From NCBI RefSeq assembly GCF_009914755.1, contig NC_060926.1: 64,000 bases of DNA; one strand, 5' to 3'. Every line of letters begins with the position of its first letter. The stretch's first letter is position 1. Positions 1 to 12,505 of the stretch are shown piece by piece. The notes beneath the pieces were generated by a model. The model was given only the letters and a program-made list of their open reading frames with translations, ran no database searches and was not told where the DNA came from. Made by a program: the position numbers and the translations under genes. Origin of the DNA: the human T2T-CHM13v2.0 reference genome, Homo sapiens.

Positions 1-56
1 AGGTTAGGATTTCAACATATAAATTTTGAAGGGATTCAAACATTCAAACCATAGCA
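1..56 (-). mobile_element. MLT1-type MaLR LTR terminus, cut by the window edge
   Basis: ggttaggatttcaacatataaattttg...cattcaaaccatagca matches the MLT1 terminus and resembles the end of the copy at 16690-16739. Confidence 0.7.
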
Positions 57-881
57 CTGTGGTAACAAGTTAACTGCCCAAATTTTTGTAGTTTAACAAA
101 ATCAAAGTTACTTCTTGCTCTCTAAAGGTGTAACTATTGACAGGTAACTCTCTTTCAGTGACAGAGACGACTTAATCTTACTGTTCCAGTATCCTAATCT
201 TGGAGCCATTTATACCCAAGTGGTGGAAGGAAAAATTGATAGTAAAAAAAAAGCACACCTGCTCCCTATAACTCCGTGGTAAGAAGTGACTTGATTACAC
301 CTAAAGGCCAGGAAGCATGGCAAGTGTAGGTTCTCGCAGGTCAGCTACCTCTCAGTGACTAATTCATTTTATGAGTAAAAGAGAAACAATTTTGATGAAC
401 GATGAGGGTTTTTTGTTTGTTTTTTGTTTTGTTTTGTTTTGTTTTCTACAGCCAATACTGCAGCACTTGGATCAAATGATCCTCAGGTTTTTTCTTTATG
501 TGTGTAGCATTGAGCCAGAAGGACCAATGGCTAAATTGGTCCTTCTGGGAACTCAAAGTTAAAACTACTTAGGCTATTTACAAATACATCAGGATTCTTT
601 GGATCTCAAGCTCTGTTTTGAAGTTATATGACCTCCATGGTACATGTTCTCCATGAGAAATAAAGGTCAGGGCAAGAGGTGCTTCATCTACCACCCTCTC
701 AAGATACTCAAGACTGATCATAGTAAATGGATCAACCAACTTAAAGGAGGGATAAATACCATAAAATGTTCCCACTGGAAACAAGGGTTTTGATTAAAAT
801 AAGAAAGATGATTTACTGAATTTGCCCTAAAAGAAATAAATAGAGAAATAAAAGAAAAAGAAAGAAAATAAAGCTCAGACA

Positions 882-1350
882 TGAGGAATTAAAAAAAACT
901 TTTATCTGAGGAATATGAGTCCTTTTAAATTATTAGGCCCAGAGAGATGTCAAATGAGATTGCAGCAGGTCATGTCCCACTTCCCCCCTTGAGCTGTGTG
1001 TTCATTTCTTAAACCTGCTATTGACACAAATAGCAACACATTAACCTCATAATATTGCTCTGGACACTATAACCAACACCCTATAGCTTGACAATGTGTA
1101 GCCAATCACTATCAATGCTGTTTCCCTAAATCAATGAGAAACCCTGACAAACAACTTTGTATCAGCTCGCTCCCTCTTCCTCTTTTTTTTTTTTTTTTGT
1201 CTTTAAAAATCTACTTGTGACTGCTGCTAATTGAAGGGTATATTCAGGGCAACTTGAGTCTATGCTCCCAGGTTGCAATCCACAAGTTTAGTGCAAATAA
1301 ACTCTCTACTTTTGTTAACTTTGCCTCAGCATCTTCTTTTTTGGTCAACA
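882..1350 (+). mobile_element. ERV1 (MER4-group-like) solo LTR
   Basis: TG...CA termini with 4-bp TSD GACA (878-881 and 1351-1354), TATA-like ctttaaaa and AATAAA near the 3' end; exact family not identified. Confidence 0.75.
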
Positions 1351-2352
1351 GACACAAGTTTAAAATAAAATTCCTGTGACTCAAGAAACCAAGAAAGCCA
1401 GTTTTCATTCAAAAGTATCTGCTAACATTGACTTCCATCAGCTTCTCTTTTTAACATATAAATGAGAAGAAAGAAATAAATCCTACAGCCTTCCCAGGGT
1501 AAGGAGTTCGATAGAAGAGTGCATACAACTGAGACTCACGAAAACTTCGATCATAAGTGACAGGTGAAAAATAAATAACCCCCTCATGCAGAAGAAGACA
1601 GCAAAAAACATGAGATTCTTAAACTTTTCTCTAAAGGGAGAGGTAAAAAATCTCAGAAATTCACAATTAAACTTTCACATATTTTCAGGCCTGAATACAT
1701 GTCACTTGAATACAAACTTTTTATTGACAAAGATTATTCAACTGGGTAAGAAATCAGAGATAAAGAACACATTTAAGCTAGATATAAAACATTTATTTTG
1801 CAACATGTTGTGTTGTAGATATGAATGGTAAATTGGGATGGAGTTTTCCAACAGGCAATTAGATATTTGTGTTTATAACTTAAACAGGTTTGAAGTGTAG
1901 CTATCCATCAGTGGGGTATAACATCTAAGGCCATTCGAAGCCATGAAAAGTAGATGAAGAATTCGCTTTCAAAAATTGGTACACTAATTCTGATAGACTC
2001 TTCAACTAACAAAACTGGAAAAAGTGGATTAAATTAAAAACAGAAGAAGGAACAAAGAGAGAATATCTTTCTTAGAATTTGAAAGGAAGTTATCACAGTA
2101 GCTACAGAAGAGGGCTTCTGTATGTGACTTGTGATTTTAGGTAGGGAATTTCAGCTGCAGTCATCCAATGGTCTAGCAGAAAAGAAGCAGAGAAGGTCCT
2201 GCCAACCTTCCATACCCTGTCAGTGCATCCCTTTGGAAAAATCTAACTGAAAGCCTGGCTCATGAAGTCCATAGTATCAACCTGTTGAGCCAAGCTGTGA
2301 ATCTTGTAAGGCTATTAAAGAATATTCAGAAATAAGAAACAACAACAACTGT

Positions 2353-2930
2353 TATGTATACATATACACGTGTACGTATACACGTATACACGTGTACGTA
2401 TACACGTATACACGTGTACGTATACACGTATACACGTGTACGTATACACGTGTACGTGTACGTATACACGTGTACGTGTACGTATACACGTGTACGTGTA
2501 CGTATACACGTGTACGTATACACGTGTACGTATACACGTATACACGTATACACGTATACGTATATATGTATATGTGTATATGCATACATGTATGTATGTG
2601 TATGTATACTTATATATGTGTGTATGTATACATATATACGTATATGTGTGTATGTATACATATATACGTATATGTGTGTATGTATACATATATACGTATA
2701 TGTGTGTATGTATACATATATACGTATATGTGTGTATGTATACATATATACGTATATGTGTGTATGTATACATATATACGTATATGTGTGTATGTATACA
2801 TATATACGTATATGTGTGTATGTATACATATATACGTATATGTGTGTATGTATACATATGTGTATATATGCATATATATGTATATATATGTGTATATATG
2901 TATATAGAACATATATATACACACGTACGC
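2353..2930. repeat. Compound alternating purine-pyrimidine tandem repeat: ACGT-rich 8/14/20-bp units followed by a 28-bp minisatellite
   Basis: 2355-2560 is built from TATACACG and TGTACG modules; 2613-2836 holds 8 copies of TATATGTGTGTATGTATACATATATACG plus a partial copy. Confidence 0.97.
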
Positions 2931-2981
2931 TTTTTGATGAGAAGAGCTATAACTCATTGGGCAAATAAAATGGTTCTAGGC

Positions 2982-3742
2982 TGTCAAAGAATGACATTTT
3001 AAGAAGTTGAGTTTAAGAATTTAAGAACTCTATTAGTCTGTTCTCATGATGCTAAAAAGGGCATAACCGAGGCTGGGTAATTTATAAAGGGAAGAGGTTT
3101 AATTGACTCACAGTTCCACATGGCTAGGGAGGCCTCCCAATCATGGCAGAAAGCAACTGAGGAGCAAAGTCATGTCTAACATGGTGGCCAGGCAAGAGGG
3201 CTTGTGTATGGAAACTCCCCTTGAAAAAGCCATCAGATCTCATGAGACTTATTCACTCTCATAAGAACAGAAATGGGGAATCCACCCCCACAATTCAACT
3301 ATCTCCACCTGGCTCTGCCCTTGACACATGGGGATTATTACAATTCAAAGTGAGAGTTGGGTGGGGACACAGCCAAACCATATCAGTAACGAATTAGCTT
3401 TAATTGCTCATTCACTGATAGGGCAGCATTCAATCTGTGAAATAGAAAGGTGCTTTGCTGAGCAGAGCAGGGGTGGTGGATCTTATAGGCAGAAAAGACT
3501 GAAGGAAGGAGAAATGAGGAACAAAAAGTGAATTGGTGGTTCAAAGTTACTTTCCTGGTATGAATTAATGTCAGATTATCTGGGCTTCTTATAACTGCTT
3601 GCTGTGAATCTCCTGTTTTCTTTTGGAAAATAGACCCATTCTTAAATTCTGTTTGATTCTGTGATATTTAGCATAAGTGACTCCATTATGATTTATCTAT
3701 CAGGACCTTGTTGAGGATCTCAGTTCAAAACAATGGCTGCTA
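2982..3742 (-). mobile_element. MER67-like ERV1 LTR interrupted by THE1
   Basis: gtttgattctgtgatatttagcataagtgactccatt...ctcagttcaaaacaatggc resembles the reverse complement of the MER67 5' end; tgtcaaaga at 2982 is the putative other terminus. Confidence 0.55.
3029..3385 (-). mobile_element. THE1 (THE1C-like) MaLR solo LTR
   Basis: Starts tattagtctgttctca, contains ccatcagatctcatgagacttattcact, ends gggtggggacacagccaaaccatatca; ~355 bp. Confidence 0.92.
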
Positions 3743-6700
3743 TTTATTTTATTTAAGGCTCCCTTGTGAAGGTGAGTCCATGATCCACAGAGTGAGCACT
3801 TTCTGGGGCACAGCGGTGGCCAGTCCAGAAAGAGTCCAGAGAGTAGCACCATGAATCCAGACCTTGCTGCAGGTGATACACAAAAACTGTGAAGTAGAAG
3901 CAATCTGGCTTCACTGTCCCCAAGAGAAAGCCAAAAACAAATATTTAATGCCAAGATCGTCATCAGCAATATCCTAGAACTCAAATCTGTAGCTGAGAAA
4001 GTCCCCAGGGGCACAAAGAGGTTAAAAACTCAGAGAAATGGTAATACAAATAGAATTCTCTATACACAATGCTTCCCTCCCAATCTACCAGGCACCATGC
4101 ACAGAAAATTCCTCCTGGACTTAATGGCTTCTACACTGGAAAAAAGTGAAATTGGGGCTGACAACTAGCGTCCCCATCATTTTGGATTTCCTTGCAGAAA
4201 AACCGTTTCTGCCTCAACCCAAGAGAAGCATTCCAAATGTGTTTAGGTAGAAAACACCTAAAGGCAGCTGTGAAGAATGAGAACAGCAAGAACTAAAAAA
4301 ATCAGCCCATAAAACCCTGCTCTTTATCTTAGTGAAAGGAGATGCTAAATCACAGTGCCTATGTACTAGCACTATGCTATAGGAGGCATGTTCCATGGGT
4401 CTTCTGGGCAGGCACCTACACCAGCCTTTCCACATAGCCACATATCCATTTTGCAATTTTCCCTTCCAGGATGGGCAGTGCTCTTCATGTTTGCAAGAGC
4501 CAAGGCTAACATTGACTTAAGCCACCATCTAGTACTGATAAGGAAACAGTGATCTAGGACTAAGGGGACTCATAGGCAACTGCAAAGAACCTCTAAGTAA
4601 ATATACATACCTTCAAAAGACCTAAACAAACCCGACAGCAAAGACTAGAATAAATAACTAGAATACCTCTTCAATGTGAAGCCATACACATATATCTACA
4701 ATAAACAAGAACAGACAGGGAACCATGACCTCCCCAAATGGAAAAAAAAAACAAGGAGCCAATGACTAACCATAAAGAGAGAGTGATGTGTTAGTTTTCA
4801 GATTAAGAATTCAAAACGATGATCCTAAAGAAACTCAGCAAACTCTAAGACAACACAGAAAAGCAATTCAGAAATGTATCAGGTAAATTTAACAAGGATA
4901 TTGAATAATTTAAAAATTAAACAGAAATCCTGGAACTAAGAAATTAATTTATTGAACTGAAAAATACGTTAGAGGCTCTCAATAACAGAAAGGATGAAGC
5001 AGAAGAAAAATCAATGAGTTTGAAGACAGGCTATTGAACAATATACAATCAGGAAAAAAAAGAATGAAAAAGAATAAGGAACATCTGGAAGATATAAAGA
5101 ATATCTATATTTCTTGCAAATCTTAGGATAATCAGCACTAAAGGGAGAGTGGAGAAAGAGCAAGGGGTAGGAAGCTTATTAAACAAAACAATAAAAGAAC
5201 ACTTTTCAAACCTAGAGAAAGATACAATTATTCAGGAATAGGAAGATCACACATCACTAAACAGATTCAACCCAATAAGACTATCCTAAGGCGTATGATA
5301 ATCAAAATCTCAAATATCAAAGACAAAGAAAGGATTCTAAAATAAGCCAACAAAAAGAAGTCAGTAGCAAATAAACTACCTTTAATTCATCTGGCAAGAG
5401 ACTTCTCAGGGAAAAAAAGACAGGCCAGGAGGGACTAGGATGAAATATTCAAAGTGCTGAAGAAGAAAAAAAACTTTCAAGCAGAAACACTGTATTCAGC
5501 AAAGCTTTTCTTCAAATATGAAGGAGAGACAGAGTCTTTCTCAGGCAAAGAAAAAAAATACCAAGGTAATTCGTCACCATTGGACTTCTCTTATGAGACA
5601 TGCCAAAGAGAGTTTTTTGTTTAAAATAAAATGATATAAATGTGCAAAAAGAAAACATTTGAAGGTGTAAAACTCACTGACCAAAGTAAGTACACAGAAT
5701 CAATACTTTAACACTGTAATTATGGTGTGTAACCCACTCACATTCTAGTATGAAACACAAATATGAATCTATCCAAAAATAAAAATAACTATGGAAAACT
5801 GTTAAGAGATAGTCAATAAACAAAGATGTAAATTAAGACACAAAAATGTCAAAATAGGGGAGATAGAGTTAAAGTGTAGAGTTTTTGTTATTTGTCTGTT
5901 TATTTGTGATAAAAGTTACTTGTCATCTGTTTAAACTTACTTATTGTGTCTACAAGATGTTCTCTGTAAGCCTCATGGTAACCACAAAGCAAAAGTATAT
6001 ATATGCATATATATTTTAGTGTATAATAGATACACTGAAACTAGAAATAAACTCTCAAAAACAATAGATTAAAATATACTACTAGAGGAAACCATTAACC
6101 ACAAAAAAGATGGTAAGAAAGGAAGAGAGAAGTTATAAAACAACCAAAGAAAAGTAAATCAATAATAACATTGCATGTATTGCATGTAAATGGACTAAAT
6201 GTTCCAATTAAAACATGTAGTGAATGAATAATTTAAAAAAAAGAACCAAATACATGCTGCCTAAAAGAAACTGACATCACATACAATGACACAGAGACTA
6301 AAAATGAAAGAATGGAAAAAGATATTCCAAGCAAATGTAACTATACTTTTATCAGATAATTTAGACTTCATGTCAATGACTGTAAAAAGATGTAAATAAT
6401 GTCACTATATAATGATAAAGAGGTCAATTCTGAAAGAAGATGTAAGAATTGTAAATATATATGGCCCAATGCCAATGCACACAAAGTTTTAACACAAGCA
6501 TTAGTAGAGTTAAATGGAGAGATGGACCATAACACAATAATGACTGGGGACTTCAACACCCCACTCTCGGTAATGGACAGTTCATCTAGACATAAGATCA
6601 TAAGATTAATAAAGAAACATCAGTTAAACAACACTCTAGACCAAATGAGCATAATGATGTTTAGGAAACATTTTACCCAACTGCTGCAGAATATACATTC

Positions 6701-7140
6701 TTCTCATCAGCATGTGAAACATTCTCCAGGATAAACCATACTTTTGGCCATAGAACAAGTCTCAACAAATCCAAGAATGTTAAAATTTTATCAAGTATAT
6801 TTTCTGATCACAATGGAATACGATGAGGAATTTTGGAAACTCTACAAATACATGGAAATTAAAACACATATTCCTAAATGACCACTGGGTCAATGAAGAA
6901 ATTAAGGCAGAAATTTCAAAATTTCTTGAAACAAGTAAAAATGGAAATACAATATTCTGAAATCTATGAGATACAGCAAAAATAGTGCTAAGAGAGATGT
7001 TTATGGCCATAAAAGCCTACAACAAAACAGTATAAAGATTTGACACAAACAACCTAATTATGCACTTCAAGGAATTAGAAAAGCAAGAACAAACCAAACC
7101 CCAAATCAGTAGAATGACAAAAATAATAAAAACCAGAGCA

Positions 7141-7372
7141 GGTGAAACACAGTGGCCCATGTCTGTAATTCCAGCGCTTTGGGAAGCCAAGGCAAGAAGA
7201 TCTCTTGAGGCCAGGAGTTCAAGACTAGCCTAGACAACACAGGGAGACCCCTGTCTCTACAAAAAAAAAAAAAATTAATTAATTAACTTGGTGTGATGGT
7301 GCACACTCCCAGGCTCAAGCATTTCCCCCACCTCAGCCTCCCTGCTATGCAAAAGGAAAAAATAAAAAAAAA
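7141..7372 (+). mobile_element. AluJ-like element with a truncated and partly inverted right arm
   Basis: Left monomer and A-rich linker are sense; 7305-7347 is reverse-complement Alu right-arm sequence. Confidence 0.8.
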
Positions 7373-7417
7373 ATTCAGATCAGCTATAAATAAAATGGAC
7401 ACTAAAAAAAAAAAATC

Positions 7418-7769
<352 letters not shown>

Positions 7770-10074
7770 TTAGCTAGATTAAGAAAAGAGAAAGAAGAGT
7801 CAAGTAAAATTATAAATGAAAGAGAGAAATAACTGATACCACAGAAAGGCAATTGACCAATAGAGACTATTATGAACAACTATATGCCAACAAATTGGAA
7901 AACCTATCAAAATAGACTAATAACTGGACACATACAACCTACTAAGATTGAACCATGATGAAATGCGAAACCTGAACAGATCAATAATGAGTAATGAAAT
8001 CAAAGCAATAATAAAAAGTCTCCCATCAATATAAAGCCTAGGACCTGATGGCTTCACTGTTGAATTCTACGAAACTTTAACAGAAGAATTAATAGCACTT
8101 CTATTCAAACTATTCCAAAAAATCAAAGATGGAGAATACTTTTAAACTCATGCTATGAGGTCAATATTACCCCTATACCAAAACTAGACGCCAATATCCC
8201 TGATGAACACAGATGCAAAAATTATTTTAAAATACTAACAAAGTGAATCCAACAACACATTAGAAATATTATTCACCATGACCAAGAGGGATTCATTCCA
8301 GGGATACAAGGATTGTTCAACACATGCTAATCAATGAACATGATATATCATATTAACAGAATCAAGGAAAAAAACAAATCATAAAATCAATAGATGGTAA
8401 AGTAGTATTTGACAAAATTCAACATACTTTTATGATAAAAACTGAACAAACTGGATACAGAAAGAACATACAAAAATAAAGGACATATATGACAAACTCA
8501 TAGCTGACATCAGAATCAATGGGGAAAATTGAACTTTTCCTCTTAAGATTGGAAATAAGTCAAGAATGAATACGTTCATCACTTTAACATAGTATTAGAA
8601 GTCCTAGACAGTGCAATTAGACAAGAGAAAGAAGCTAAGTGCCTCTGAAATGGAAAGGAAGAAGTCAAATTATGCTTGTTTGTAGACAACATGATATAAA
8701 CACTACCTAAAAACTGTTAGCATGTATAAACAAATTCAATAAAGTTGTAGGATACAAAACTGATGTAAAAGTTTACTACCATTTATACATGCCAACAGTG
8801 AACAACTGAAAAATAATCAAGATAGCTATTTCATTTACAATAGTAACACAACGTATGAAATACTGTAGAATAAATTAAATCAAAGGAGTGAAAGTTATCT
8901 CCAAGGAAAACTATAAACACTGATTTAATAAACTGAAGACAACACACACATACAAACAAAAGATAGCCTATGTTCATAATTTTGGAAGAATTAATATTGT
9001 TAAAATGTCAACACTATCCAAAGGGCTTTACAGATTCAATGCAATCTCTACCACAACACCAATGACATTCTTCACAGAAATAGGAAAAAAAAAAAACAAA
9101 AAACAACTAAAATCTGTATGGAACCACAAGAGACTCTAAGTAGCCAAAACAATATGGAGCAAAAAGAACAAAGCTGGAGACATTACACTACCTGACTTCA
9201 AAATATACTACAAAGGTATAGTAACCAAAAAAGTATGGTATTAGTATTAAAACAGACACATAGACAATTGAAAAGAATAGAGGACTCAGAAATAAATCCA
9301 TGCATTTACAGCCAACTCATAATTGACAAAAGCGCCAAGAACATACACTGAGGAAAGGACAGTCTCTTCAATATATGATGCTGAGAATACTGGATAAGCG
9401 TATGCAGAAGAATGAAGATAGATTCCTTTATCCACCATACACAAAATTCAAATCAAAATGGACTGAAGTCTTAAATATAATACCTGAAACTATGAAACTT
9501 CTAGAAGTAAACATTGGGGAAACACTTCAGGTCATTGGTCTGAATAAAGACTTATAGGAGAAGACCACAAAAACACAGACAACAAAAGATAAATTAGACA
9601 AATGGAAGCCATAAAAAGGAGACTATGTTATTTGCCACAACATAAATGGACCTGAAAGACATTTCACTAAGTAAATAAGTCATATGCGGAAAGAAAAATA
9701 TTGCATAGTCTAATATATATGTGTAATATTAAAAAATAACTTAAATACACAAATATAGAGAGCAAAATATTGGTTAGCAAGGGCAGGGGGAGGTATGGAG
9801 AGGAAATGGGAAGATGTAGGTCAAAGGGTATGAAATAGCAGCTACATAGAATGAATAAGTATAGAGATCTAATGTACAACCTGAGGACTAAAGTTACTAT
9901 AATTGTATTATGTTAAGAATTTTTGTTAAATAAGTAGATTTTAGCTGCTCTTGTCACACACAAGAGTAACTGTGTGAGATAATAGATATGTTAATCTGCC
10001 ACACTACGTAACAATTTTACTATGTGTATGTATACCATAACATCACATTGTAAACCTCAACTATACTTTCTTTG

Positions 10075-10890
10075 AGCAAAAGTGTATATTTTTTGGAAAA
10101 GACTAATATAACCGATAACTAGTGAAACTGGTAGTGAAAAACATCCAGAAATTTGTAAGTGTACATCATGACAGATCCTGCAAACATTAAAATAAGAATA
10201 TTATTTACAAAATTGTCTACTATGTTTCAGAACATAAACGGACAAATTCCTAGAGAGATAGTTTACAAAACTGACAGAAAAAAAAGAATGCTAAATAAGT
10301 CTGTATCTATTAAAAATAATGAAACAATATTTTTAGAACTTCCTATAAAAAAACTTCAGGCCCAGATGACTTCATTAATGAATTCTAGCAAATATTTAAA
10401 AAAGAAATGTAACAATCTTAAATTTGTTTTTGAGAATTAAGAAAAAATAATATTTCCAACTTGTGAGAAAAATCTGTCAAGGCCATCATAAGAGAGGTAA
10501 ATGGTATGTTACCTTTTTGCATGGAGATAGATACAAACCCTTTAAAAATTTGCAGACACTCAGCTAACTATACAAAAAGAAAATAAATTACAACCATGGT
10601 TGAATTTACTCTAGGAATATGAAGTTAGTCTAATAGTCAAAAATCAATAGTTGCAATTCTCTATATTAACAAAATGAAGGAGAAAAATCGCCTCAATACA
10701 TACAGAAAATCAAGTGATGAAATTAAAAAGTCATCAATGATAAAATCTCCTAGAATCCTGGGGATAAAAGGGCTCTTCTTTGACACACTAAAGAATATTT
10801 ACTAAACACCTCCAGCATGCATCATACTTCATGGTGAAATATTAGAAGCATTCCCTCTGAGACTGGGAACTAGATAAAATGCTTACTGTG
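10075..10890 (+). mobile_element. Old L1M ORF2 fragment
   Basis: cttcaggcccagatgacttcattaatgaattc and atggtgaaatattagaagcattccctctgagactgggaac are degenerate L1 ORF2 sequence. Confidence 0.7.
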
Positions 10891-11464
10891 AACTGTCAAA
10901 GTGGAAAGGCAAAAAGAAAAACAGTTGAAAAGTATTAAGAATTAGGTCATTAATTATCCCATTCTATTCAGGTTTCTAGATATATGAAGAGTCATGATAA
11001 AGAAATATAAAAAGTGGTAAAGTGATGCATCACTGTGTATATAGGCTGCAGAACGGAGGAAGGGATTCCATGTGATGGTGATGAAAGGGAGAGAGTGGAG
11101 GAGAATCAATGAGGCAGCTGGAGACACAGAAGACAAAGATCAGAACATTGAATATTAGAGCAAAGTTTTAGAGATGCATTGCTTTTTGCCAGGTGAGCAT
11201 TGTATTCACAGGCTAATAGGTGCCCTACCTAGGAAGATTTATGGATTCGAGGAGCTCAAGAATCTTTATGGTTAGGCATTTATTCAGTTCACCCATATGG
11301 ATTTTGGAGTTGCCCTTTAAAATAACAGGAGTTTGAGAGAAAAGGAAGACTGTGGCAAATTCAAGTTTTCTGAGAAATGTGGGAAGAACTAAAAGTTCAG
11401 TACACAATTGTTCACAAGGAGACATAATAATTGCAATAGCTAAGTGAACTTAAAAAATAATTTA

Positions 11465-11690
11465 CATTGTTTGTTTTATTTCAATAGTTTTGGGGGAATC
11501 TGCTTGATTATACAGATAAGCTCTTTAGCGGTGATTTCTTATATTTGGTGCACCCGTTACCCAAGCAGTGTACACATATCCAATGTATATTCTTTCATTC
11601 CTCAACCCCCCTCCCACCCTTCCCCTTGAGCCACCAAAATCCATCGTGTCATTCTTATGCCTTTGCATCCTCATAGCTCAGCTCTCATTT
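11465..11690 (-). mobile_element. L1PB-like 3' end
   Basis: ttttatttcaatagttttgggg...ggtgcacccgttacccaagcagtgtacac...cattcttatgcctttgcatcctcatagc. Confidence 0.8.
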
Positions 11691-11779
11691 TAGTTTTAGT
11701 TTTTGAATATGTAAAACATGTATATAGTTCTAAAGTAAAGATTATATACACAGCTATACTCAGAAAATTTGTATATTCA

Positions 11780-12119
11780 TTTCTTTCTTTTTCTTCTTCT
11801 TCTTTCTTTCTTTTTCTTTTTTTTTTTTTTTTTTTGAGACTGGGTCTGGCTCTATCACCCAGACTGCAGTGCAGTGGCATGATTTTGGCTCACTGTAACC
11901 TCTGCCTCCTGGGCTCAAGCCATCTTCCCACCTCAGCCTCCTGAGTAGCTGGGACGATGGTGTGGACCACCATGCCCCACTATTTTTTTTTTTATTTTTC
12001 TTAGATATGGGATTTGACCATGTTGCCTAGACTGGGCTCAAACTCCCAAGCTCAAGATATCTACTTACCTCAGCCTCCCAAAGTGCTGGGATTACAGGTG
12101 TGAGCCACCACACTCAGCT
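11780..12119 (-). mobile_element. AluJ with a T/CT-rich tail
   Basis: cctcctgggctcaagccatcttcccacctcagcc; ends gtgtgagccaccacactcagc. Confidence 0.9.
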
Positions 12120-12505
12120 TCCATTCCTATCCAACTTTTTTCTCACAAGTAATTGTTATCTTCAGATTCTGGTATATACTTCCTGTATTTCTTTTTGCAA
12201 GAAAGCATGTAAAATACCTACATGTATACAAACATGTAAGTATATATCCTCAGTGCTCCTTCCTTTTTACATAGAGGTAGAGTTACTTACAATACGTAGT
12301 AATGTCTACTTGCTTTTTTCACTTCATGATACATCCAGTAAATCACACTATATTATTTGATAGAAATAAATCTTATTTCATAGTTGAAAATTACTCTTTT
12401 TTTTAATGACACACAATTTATTCAACCAGTAACCTATGGATGAACATTAAGGTTGTGTCTAATATGACACTATTGCTACAATGCTGCAATGGATAACCTT
12501 ATAAT
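12120..12505 (-). mobile_element. Ancient L1ME-like 3' fragment
   Basis: atttattcaaccagtaacctatggatgaacattaaggttg...acaatgctgcaatggataacctt is typical of antisense old L1. Confidence 0.5.

Noticed and set aside
2613-2859. CRISPR-like 28-bp repeats
   Set aside because: Head-to-tail copies with no spacers, no cas genes, and primate DNA
2315-3002. Seven overlapping ORFs of 77-210 aa rich in Y/T/H/I/V/C/R
   Set aside because: Strict RY alternation cannot contain TAA, TAG or TGA, so all frames stay open; this is a repeat artefact
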